From: Gekko japonicus
Taxonomy: Eukaryota
NCBI RefSeq assembly: GCF_001447785.1
Contig: NW_015167563.1
Location: 702,596 to 755,846, forward strand
Length of the DNA stretch: 53,251 nucleotides
Direction of reading: 5' to 3'
Numbering within the stretch: position 1 is the first letter of the stretch; every line of letters starts with the position of its first letter. Positions 12,334-47,556 of the stretch are shown in pieces. Below the pieces are notes generated by a model. That model did not search any database, was not told the DNA's origin, and saw nothing but the letters and a program-made list of their open reading frames with translations. A program made the position numbers and the translations under genes.

Positions 12334-12569
12334 CTGTAAGAAAAAGAATGAATATGTATTAAACATCCACACTTTAAAGCTTTCTATAACAATTTTATAA
12401 TATGCTACCATAGATCATTGTGAGACCATAATTGGTTAAATTAAAAGCTTGAGCCTAATTTGGTCTCCTCTGTGGAAAACTTTATTTTTGTATTTTGATT
12501 TGTCAGTTTGTACTTGAATTCTGACACAGATGAAATGCTCACCATTTGAAGTGAAGGAACTGAATGGTT

Positions 12570-37036
<24,467 letters not shown>

Positions 37037-37719
37037 GGCTCCTCCGCCCGGGAAAGGAAGCCCGAGCGCGAGGAAAGAGGCGGAGTTGGCGCTTCCGTCG
37101 GTGCCGGGGCCCGCTGAGCTTCGGAGCGCGATGGCCTCCGAGGAGGAGGGGAGGGGGGCCTCCGGCAGCGCTTGTTTGAAGGGATGGTTTTTCAATGAGG
37201 AGGTCCCTGGTGTAAAGGCACCGAGCTTTCCTGCGGGGGCTGCCTGGCTCGCTGTCTAGTTGTCAGAGCGTAATGCAGCTTTAGATCCGGAAAGGCTGCG
37301 TGATGTACGGCTGTAAAAAGCACAGGCCGGGGGTGGGAGCGACAATAATGGTACTTGCTACCCTCCTCGATGTGTGTCTCCGGGGTTTCGCTCTTTGTCA
37401 GGCTGCTACATTTTTCAGAATGAAAACACGAAGCCTTTAACAGGTGCAGGTCTTCTCACATATTTTAGATGGGAAGATGCCAGTTTGGAGAACCGGCTTG
37501 GGTCTGGTCTGGCCCTGTAAACAGCCTGGGTGGGAAACCACATGGGAATCTTTTATGGAAGAGTTAGAAAGCAATATATTAATAATTGGATCTACGAAAG
37601 CAGGGATCCCCAAACCATTTTGAGCCTGTGGCACCTTTGGAATTCTGACAGAGTGGTGGGCTGCTGCAGAAAGCAAAGCCAACCATGAAGTCAGAGAGCA
37701 AGGTTCTATACTAACAGTA

Positions 37720-38072
37720 AGGTAAGGTAAAGGTTCCCTTGCTCGAAAGCCAGTCGAGTCCGACTCTAGGGTTGCGGTGCTCATCTCCGTTTCAAAGCCA
37801 AAGAGCCAGCGCTGTCCGAAGATGTTTCCGTGGTCATGTGGCCGGCATGACTAAACACCAAGGCGCATGGGACGCTGTTACCTTCCCACTGAAGTGGAAC
37901 CTATTTATCTACTTGCAATTTCTTGCTTTTGAACTGCTAGGTTGGCAGGACCTGGAACTAGAGACGGGAGCTCACTCCGTCATGCGGCACACTCGGGTCT
38001 CGAACTGCTGAACTACTGACCTTCCACAGCCTGCAGTTCAGCGTCTTAACCACTTGAGCCACCGCAGCTCCT
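37720..38072 (-). mobile_element. Sauria SINE (copy 3)
   Basis: Highly similar to copies 1 and 2. TSD (ct)atactaacagta (37706-37719 / 38071-38084). Confidence 0.9.
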
Positions 38073-38339
38073 ATACTAACAGTACTCTTCATCATTTCAG
38101 GCAGAATTTCTGTTTAAAAAGATGCCTTTTAAATCTGGACAGCCAGTTGGAAGGCTTGTTAGGCAAGAGCCCCACCTAGTACCGTCCAGTTTCTGAAAGC
38201 ATTTGGCAGGTACCAGAAAAGGTGTTGGTGGGCTCATGGTATCCATGGGGACCACACTGGGAACCCCCCACTTAAAGGAAAAGCTAACTTCCAACAACAC
38301 TAAGCTCAATAGATCGGGAAAGCTCTCAAATATAAAGTA

Positions 38340-38385
38340 CTAGGAAAAAGGCCCGTTGTGGAAATAAATACAACGACCTCTAGAA
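38340..38385 (-). mobile_element. Possible Helitron 3' terminus
   Basis: The minus strand reads hairpin cgttgt...acaacg, then tttttcCTAG and T. Confidence 0.4.
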
Positions 38386-38444
38386 AGAGGCTCTGGGCGG
38401 GTGCCCTGGACTTGGACACTCAGTGTCAATTTGCTGTGGCGACC

Positions 38445-38960
38445 TCAGCAGGGTATAATGACACTGAGTCCACCATTTTCTCCAGAGGAACTGATCTCTG
38501 CTACCTAAAGAACAGTTGTAATTTTGAGTGAACTCCAGCCCTCACCTGGAGATTGGCAACGATGGTTCCCCAGAAGGGAATAGTTGGTTTGGAGGGTGGA
38601 GTCTATAGCGTTGTACCTGTCCGAGGTCCCACGCCTCCTGAAACCTCACCCTCTCCAGGCTCCATCCCTCACATCTCCAGGAATTTCCCACCTGGAGTTG
38701 GCAACCCTATCTCCTTACCAGCCAATCATCAACCTACCTTTAGTTCCCCCTCACTTTTCAGCTTTCCACCCCCCACACACCTGCAACTTCTCCCATGCTC
38801 TGAAGCCCTGACTGCTACGTCACATTGGCTGTCATACGGGGGCCACCTCAGCAGCATATAAGGATACAGAGCCCACCATTTTCTCCAGGGGAACTGATCT
38901 CTGCCATCTGGAAAGCAGTTGTAATTCTGAGTGATTTCCAGCCCTCACCTGGAGATTGGA
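38445..38960. repeat. Cluster of unclassified interspersed repeat copies (related copy at ~39617-39820)
   Basis: Recurrent ccattttctccag(a/g)ggaactgatctctg...cctggagattggcaac units. Confidence 0.6.
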
Positions 38961-40224
38961 CACATTTTACCTCAGAACAGCAAACTGTTTCGAATGTTAG
39001 AGGCAAAAGCCAATCAAGTCGCATATGCAAACGACCTCTGTGTTCCGAGGCAAAGGCCAATGAGGCTGCATATGCAAATAACCTCTGTGTTCTGACTGGC
39101 TATGGGGGGGAGAGGAACAGCAAACTGTTTAGAATGTTGGAGGCAAGACTCAAGCAATGCAGCCAGTGGATAGGGACAGATTCTAAATAAATATAAAAAA
39201 ATATTCTGAGTGACACACCAGGGTGCCAACCAATTCCGGAGCATGTGGAATGTTCTAGAGAAGTGCCACAACCATTCGGATTTTATTTATAAGGGAGATT
39301 AGTGGTGGCTGTGGTTCCCAACATTTTGTGGCTGCTTCTGCTCAGGCCTGCTGGGTGCCGCAGGTACAATGGAGAAAACCCTGAACAGAATTGATACAAA
39401 ATGGGCAATGCTGGCAGCCAGTTCAGAGAATTGGCAATGCCTACCTCATGTGCTGTTTATAAGGTCAATGGCTGAATCCAACATCCAGGATTGCACATCC
39501 CCCTCCAAGTAGTCAGAGAAAATGTATTTGCAGAAAGCTAGCTTCTGTGATATTACGGCCTACACATATCAAATTGAACATTTGGTTCTCCCCAGAAATG
39601 TCATGCTTACACCTAACCTAGGATTGCCTACTCCAAGTTGGAAAATTCTTGGAGAGGGGGGTGGAGCCTGGGGAGTGCAGGGTTTGGGGAAGAGACCTTA
39701 GCAGAGTATAATGCCATAGAGTCCAAAGCAGCCATTTTTTCCAGAGGAACTGACCTCTGTGATCTGGAAATAAAGTGTAATTCTGGGAGATCTCCAGGCC
39801 CCACCTGAAGTTTGGCAACTATAATCTGACCAGAGGTATCTATGCAGCTTTCCAATTTTGTTTTGTTTTAATCTTCACAATGTCTAGATCTCTACCCATT
39901 GTCCTGACAACAACCAGTGACCCAGAGATAGACCGCTCACGGAGAGACTGCCCTTAGCTTTTCATCCTTGTTTTGTCAGCTCAGGTTATAGCATGGGAAT
40001 TTTTCTTGAGATTCATCTCCAATGAATGTAGTGGGAACTACTTCAGAATAAATATGCATATGATCAGCCCATTTATTTCACATTAAGCATACAGTACTTC
40101 CAGTGTTTTGCAATGGGAGTATTTGCAAGGAAGTGGTTTGAAAATTATAGGTTATCAACACAATATAATTTTTCTAATCAGAAATAATAAAACCACTAAT
40201 CTTAATGCCAATGCCTTTATAACT

Positions 40225-40308
40225 CTGGGTTTTGGCCACTGTGTGACACAGAGTGTTGAACTGGTTGTGCCGTTGGCCTAATCCAACATGGCTTATTTTA
40301 TGTTCTTA
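40225..40308 (+). mobile_element. Short CR1 3' end fragment
   Basis: ttttggccactgtgtgacacagagtgttg...ttatgttctta matches the other CR1 3' ends in the window. Confidence 0.75.
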
Positions 40309-43300
40309 TCAGTGCTGCAGTTTGATATATATTCAGATCACTGTAAAATAATGTGTACAAGCTGTTTATTTGAAAAGTGTCCAAATATCAATTCTTACTT
40401 ACTATGGATTACTGCACAAAGCAATGTTTGGGAACACTGTCAAGCAGCACAGTGTCTTATAAATTTACAAAGCAGTAAATGTAAATTTTCAGTTATTAAT
40501 GTATAATACTGTATTAATGCCTTCATTTTTAAAAATAGTTGTTCCCCCATATTACTACTTAATATAACACTTGTTCTGGCATATATACATGTTTAAAATG
40601 TTACAGGAAGATGTAATCAGTAACAGCTGAACATGTTCATTGCATACAATATTCTCTTCTAACATTGTTTGAAAGCAAAGCTTTACATTTTACTGATGTT
40701 CTGAAGTGTTTTTCAGATAAGCATTTAAATACATTCAAAAATTCTTCATAAGAGGCACACACTTCCAAGCTCTTTTATCTCTTCTCAATTACACTACCCA
40801 GTGAATAGGATTACTTGCATGAAAATAAAGCTTGTATGAGCAGTTTGTAAGATCAGTCTCCAACTTAGCTAAATATGGACCTGTCAGCCTCTCCCATCTC
40901 CACATTCACCTGTCTTCTGTATATTTCTTGAATATGTCAGAATTTTACTTAATATAAAATACAAGTTGTAGCTAATTAATTGTTATTGATAATTGCAGTT
41001 ATGGAGTGCGGTATATACTAGGCCACATGCTGACACTCTGTGCTCAGCAACAGAGATCAGTAATTGGTTTCCCCTGGGCCAAATACAGGACCCTGAAAGA
41101 TACTACAGGTTACTCAGTTACCGAAGTAGAGGTGAAAAGGGTATAGCAGCAGTAGTACTTATAGTAATAGAACTTGCTACCAGGTTACAGAAGGGATGTG
41201 TTTTAAGCTGCAGACCCACCACCCTTCACTGCCTTCTCAAAGTGGCCTTCTAGGAAACCCGTTGTAGTTGTTGACCAGAGCTGGAGAATCATGGTATCTT
41301 GCGAGGCAGAATCAGCAAAATGTCACTGCATATTGTTTGAGTATGTTCAGTTTCTATGCAATGTGGTGGGCACCTGTGGTGATAAGATTGATTGATAAGA
41401 CACATTCTGATTATAATTATGTATCTTTCTAACTTCTTTACAACCCGTGTAAAGTGCCTACTAAATTAGGTTAGAATTGAATGCTGGCAGTGTTTTCTCA
41501 TGATTACAACAAAGCATCCTGTAAAAACTAACCCCCATAATAAGGCATAAAAGCAAGTTCTTAAATTACTGAGATGATCCATTAATTTTGAACCCAAGAA
41601 ATACCTGAATTATAAACTGCCTATTTTTCCAAATGAGTGTATTTGATGAGTGCTGTTTATTCAGCATTTGAGACTACTCTGGAAGGCACAGAATAAATGT
41701 CAGTGCCAGTTAACCCTGGCAATTATGTCTTCCTGCATAATGAATGTTGCCAAATTATAGTTGTCCACCATACAATGCAGCTTTAATTGCTGCAGCCAAG
41801 TTCGATCAAACTAGTCAGTCAAAAAATTTCTTTAAAAATTAAAACCATGAAACCTAGGAGTGAAAAATGAAGGTGAATATCTTAGATGTTGGTTGTTCTT
41901 GGTTTCCACCCAAATTAAGAACAATTTCAAGTGTTGTAAAATGAAGTTTTCTTAAATGTAGTTTACACACTAAACCATGCTCTGAAAATAAGCTGTTTTC
42001 TCAAATGTATAAAGCAATCTCTGCATTAATAATAATTTTAAAAAATCTGTAAGTCTTATGGTGCCTTTAATGCCAACAGATTTCTTGTGGCATAAGTTTT
42101 TTTTAAAACTGTTTCAATACTGCCATAGCTGTGCGTGGTACTTTACAGACCACATGAAATAGATTCCTGCCCTAAGGGGCTTCTGGACTAAAATTTGACA
42201 TGGGGAAACAACAAAAAGGAGAAGGGGGGGTGGAGATGGGGAAAAACAGATCAAATTCATTACAGTCACATGTTGTTAGGATCAGTAGACAAAGTTCTAG
42301 AACCTAGTTGTAGACTACCATGAAAGTATGTGCCACAATAAATGTTAGCCATAAAGGTACCACAAGATGAGGGTGATACTTTTTGTAACAAACTAAGAGG
42401 CAACCTCTGGAAATCATCGCATCTTTATAATCTTCTGCAGTGCTCTTATCCAGTGGTGATGTATGGTAGCCTAACCACCCTTACAAACACAGGGCATTTT
42501 CCCAAGTTCCCACACCGTAAAGTGATGGAGTCACTATGATAAATAATAAAAAAACGGCTAGCATGGGGCCATTTTGTGGGCAGTATTCAATTAGCACTCA
42601 AATGTGTACAATAGCTTTAACTGACACCTCCAAGTAATTTGAATGAACCATATGAATCTATAACAAATGCAGAAGGGTAAAAATAAAAGCTGCAAAGAAG
42701 ACATTCTGTCCACCTCCATGCAGAACTTACAAGTAGCTCACGCATAGAGTTCTGTAGCATCCCACACAGGGAACCACTGTTGAGGAATAGTAACAATGAA
42801 TGAATTCTGCTGTGCAGACCAGTGATGTCAGAAAAGCTGTTTAGAGGGTTATCTTGGGAAGGCGACTTCTCTATCTTCCTAATCAACCTTACAGGATTAG
42901 TGCAATAATAAAATGAAATGATCCCATGCATCATTCTATTTTTTGGTATCTAAAGGATTTCGAAGCTCCTTGGAGAATGGGAATGGAAAATGCAGTTACA
43001 CTATTAGGAACAATGATGCAGAGTAATACATTTAATCCTAACACACTAGTTGTATCTAGAGGTGAGGAAATTACCTTTAATGCATACCATGGGGGGGGGG
43101 GGAATGAAGGGCTTAAACATACAGATAAGCTAGATAAAACAGAGTTTACTAGCTTGCCAGTAGTGTGTTTTTAATGAATGCTTTCTAAAGGAGATTTTAG
43201 TAATAATGAAGTACTTTGAAATATTTCTTCTGGATTAATTGTTGTGGTGCTATGACTGGTAATCTTTAACAATCCAAAACATTTACTATTCCTGGTACAG

Positions 43301-44698
43301 AGACATTTGGCTTTGATCCTAAAAAATACCTTAGATTGTATTAGCCACAGGGGCAGGTAAGATGAGACTAGATTTCATAAACAATGATCAAGACACACGT
43401 GATTTTTTTGAGTTCCCCCTTCCAATACCTGTTCTTGCAAAGCCAGCAAGTTAGTCTTTAAGCCCCTCCAAGTTAAGAGAAATTATTCAAAAATTTGGCA
43501 CAAGAAGTTTCTAAAGGGAAGATGAAAAAAATTAAAGAACAGCTGTCAGATTTTAGGGTGACAACGTCTGAGAAAAGGAACTCTCACAAAAATTCAAGAG
43601 CAGGTGCATCCCCCTGGCTACCATTGTGAAGAGTTACCACGTTCCTAGCATTTTCTATTTGATGCAGTGAATGTATGTATCTCACTGTTAACCTTACCCT
43701 AATCTGCTCCACAGCTTTCACACCACCATTAGCCCAAGACAGAGTGACACTGAATATTAAGTATAACAGTTCACACTGCAGACTGGAGAAAGGGAATTTG
43801 CTAGAAGAGTGGAGGAAGCAGTGTGCTGCAGAGAAAGACAAGTTGCTTTTACGATCTGTGGGCTAACAAGTTTTAGTGGTATCGTTCTTCCTAAGGTCTG
43901 TAAAAGAGTTACCTGTGCATTGACTTTCAAAGAAGCCTTGAAAGGTGGTCTCTTGTACTGGAAGTTAAAAGCATTTCCCTTGGCAAAATGTATTTAACTT
44001 GTCTTTCTGAACTCAGTGACATTCATCTTCATTTATACAACAGTTTAATATTATAAAGCAAAATAGTATCACATACACCTCAAAAGTAAAATAAAGTTAT
44101 CTTATATATAACTCAAATTGTTGACAAATGAAGCAATGCTAGCTTTATAATCTCAATTTTTCTTTGTGTAGCCTGCATCTTCTGCCATGAAGACTTGTAC
44201 AGATTAAAGCATTGATAGCAGTTTGTCTAGAAGGCTTTAACAAGCACTACTAATACAAATAAGTATATGTTATTGCTAAAGGATCACAAGACAGCAGTTC
44301 AGAACCCTCTTTGACCTACACTCAATGAAAGCACCATGTTATCCCTACAGAAATTAGCACTGGCCAGTAATGCAAACCAGCATTTTGGAATATGCTTAAA
44401 TCCACCTCTGGGGAAAAGAGTGTGTAAAACATAGCTAGGATGGAGCCAATTAGCACCAGTGGTTTTTCCTTCCAAACGTCTTAGGTTTTGTTCAAGCAGG
44501 AACAAGAAAGGGAAAGAAACTAAACCTAACAAAGAACTCCAAAACCAAGCAAAGGTTAGTGGAAAGGAGGGCCAAAATTAAAACCTTTTCATAAAAAGAG
44601 GTACATGTATTTATTGATAATATCAAATTAAAACATATATAGGGGCCCAATTACAACCAATATATATAAAACATAACCATAACCAGGGCTAAAAGAGT

Positions 44699-44741
44699 TG
44701 ACCTGACGCGTTTCGGCCGAATCGGCCTTCCTCAGAGGTCA
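44699..44741 (-). ncRNA. Type I hammerhead ribozyme (minimal, Penelope-type)
   Basis: Minus strand: UGACCU-CUGAGGA-A-GGCCG-AUU-CGGCC-GAAA-CGC-GUC/AGGUCA. Stem I is 6 bp, the CUGANGA and GAAA core boxes are intact, stem II is 5 bp, stem III is the palindrome ACGCGU, and the cleavage triplet is GUC. Confidence 0.85.
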
Positions 44742-45008
44742 TACAAATGTGGCTAGATGGTAAAAAGCTTTTTACTTGTGAATATTGTGGCAACACAATC
44801 AAAGAAGGTTATTTGTGGACCATAGGTGGATTTTATAATCACTGGGCTAGTGATTGCACTAAAAAGGTTTCATGTGCATATTTATCCTGTGCCTGGTTAC
44901 TTTACTTCTGAACAATTTACTTTATGGTCCTTATTGAATTTGTATTGTGTATATATTCCTGATTGTGTCTTTATGAATGTAACTATTTACCATTTAGCCA
45001 CATTTGTA

Positions 45009-45042
45009 TGACCTCTGAGGAAGGCCGAAACGCGTCAGGTCA
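45009..45042 (+). ncRNA. Hammerhead ribozyme copy with stem II deletion
   Basis: UGACCU-CUGAGGA-AGGCC-GAAA-CGC-GUC/AGGUCA. It lacks 9 nt of stem-loop II relative to the minus-strand copy. Confidence 0.65.
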
Positions 45043-47556
45043 ACTCTTTTAGCCCTGGTTATGGTTATGTTTTATATATATTGGTTGTAATTGGGCCCCT
45101 ATATATGTTTTAATTTGATATTATCAATAAATACATGTACCTCTTTTTATGAAAAGGTTTTAATTGTAGGTTTTGTTCAAACCATGTATATATTACCCAT
45201 TGGTTCTTGTAAATGTGGATATTTATCATAAAATTGCTAAAAGATCTTGGTTCAGCGGTCAAAGGGTACAAATGCTCCATGATACTGCAACATAAACTTT
45301 TTAGTTAGTTTTGCTCGGTCAGTTTTGCAGCTCCTGAACTGACTGACTGGTTGGCGGTTCCTAACTCAATGAGAGCTTTTAACAGCTGTAAGACAGAGAA
45401 CAGTTCAGAATATACAGCTACTTCTTTTGCAGTGATGCAATATGCAGTGCCAGCTGAATTTTTCCTTGTCCTGCAGGTGTTAAAAGCACTGGTTTACTTT
45501 GAAGCTAGATGTTAGCAATTTATCTTCCAGTAAAGCTTTCCTTTTCACTCTCATACAAGTAAGTTACTTTTAGCATGTTCTGTAGCATTTCTGTCATATG
45601 AGCTAGTGTACTATAGGGGTTAAGAGTGAACTAGGACTTGGGAGACCTAAACTGCATTGCCATTCAGCTGTGAATCTAACTTATTGACTTGGGACAGTCA
45701 CTCTTGATTTAAATGCATGGTTAAAATGCATGTGAGAAGAACTATGTACACTGCCCTGAGCCCCTCACAGGCAGAATAAACAAGTAACAGATATGACTGT
45801 TGGATGCTGGACCTCTCCTAAGGCATCCCAATCCTCATTCATATACATTCCTGTATACAGCTCAAATCATTATCCCCGTATCTCTACTTCTTGGGAAGTC
45901 AAGAAACATATTGGTTAACATGGTTTTGACAACAGAACACCTGTTAAGATTATGGCTCTTCCACATTTAATGGAAACTGAATAAATCGATACCAGAGTTT
46001 GAAGCCAGCATGGCGTTTTATGTCTGTTAGAAGAAATCAGTAAACATTGAGGCTGTATACCATAAATAGGGAAGTCAATTTGTCCTTGGAGTGTACAATA
46101 TTATATAGGTCCAGTCAATAATGAAAACAGGGCAATTGAAGTGAAATGAAATTGCCATGTCATTACAAATGAGGCTATTCAACAGATGCTGCTTATGAAT
46201 GTGCTTAAGTTCTTGGAATGAGTAAGATGGAACTCAATGATAGCCAGGCCAATAATGGCCCATATTCAGGACAATGTTTTAGTGTAACCACCCTGCCTTG
46301 TTCACACTCATAATCCATTGGAACGAGCTGCATTTTTGTGAGATGGTAGAGCAGTTCCATGATTTACACATTAATCATATTTGGACTGGACCAGATGTAT
46401 GTATGTGGGTGTTTAAAGATGGGTGCATGTTGTCATATTTTGCTGAAGGAACCACCATTGTATCATGGGTATATTGGCATAAAAATGCACCTTTGTTCTG
46501 GAGGTGGAACAGCAGTTTCCATGACCAATTGAATCACCAGTACTACTTAGTAAACTGCTAATTTTACCATCGGTAGCTCTACTTGGGGCATGCTTACAAA
46601 ATAAATTCAAATACTACTACTAAAACTATTTGAGGTATGAGTTTGGCTGTTACTATGGCAGTAGGGAAGAAAGGTAAAAATGGGAATCCAGCAAGCCTGG
46701 CACATTCAGGGAATGAAGTACTGTACTTCAAACACAAACCCCTTCCATGTTTGCAAACAGGAACTGTCAACTCATAGCCTGAAGAGCTTTAAGCAGAATT
46801 TGTGTTATGCCCTAATCTGTAAATGGAGATGAATATTACACAGTTTCCTTTGCTGGAAAAAGTTGTTTGGTAAGTGAGGCACTCCCAAGTTTTCCAACTC
46901 TGCGAGAGTTCTGCAAAAGAATCAGCATTTAGTGTCAGATTGCAGAAAGCTTGACTGAGCGTTTCCCCCTCCTAAAGAAAAGGTTTCTTCATAGGAGAAA
47001 CATCCACAGACAGTCGAGTCAATCATAGTGTGCCAAGTTGGAGGCATGTAGCAGCATGCATGGTTACACTTCTGTGATCTTTGCAGGCTGGAAACTCTTC
47101 CTGCACTCGTCCAGAGGCCAAGTTTGTCTCATTTCTAAGGCTGCGTCTTTTTTTTCTTTTTTGTTTTCTCCTCCTTTTGCATCTGCGTCTATGTGCAACA
47201 GAATCGCATCGTTGAAAGCCAAGATTAGAAAAGTCCCTTCTCCATGCAATAAGGCACACTAGGTAAATTTTCTCAGTGCTGTTAGTCCACACAGTAGCGT
47301 TAGCAGCGAACAACAATCATTCTCAACTACTTCAGCATGTCCAGTTATAAAACTCCAGATGGTGTGTATGCATGTCCTATGGGTCCTGGAAATGTTTATA
47401 TCTTAAAAATCCATACGGGACAGCGTCCAATATAAAAAAATCAATATATTACTGTTGAAGACTTATTGTTTTTCTGACTTTTCTCTTTTTTCGTATAAAA
47501 ATTAGAAAAGGTCAAAATATATCACACTATTATTTACAGAGTTCATGCTTGTAGGA

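Larger units (their letters stand above)
44496..45166. mobile_element. Penelope-like element remnant with inverted pseudo-LTR arms
   Basis: Near-perfect inverted arms 44576-44764 / 44986-45165, each with a hammerhead motif and AATAAA. 14-bp flanking direct repeat taggttttgttcaa (44482-44495 / 45167-45180). Confidence 0.78.
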
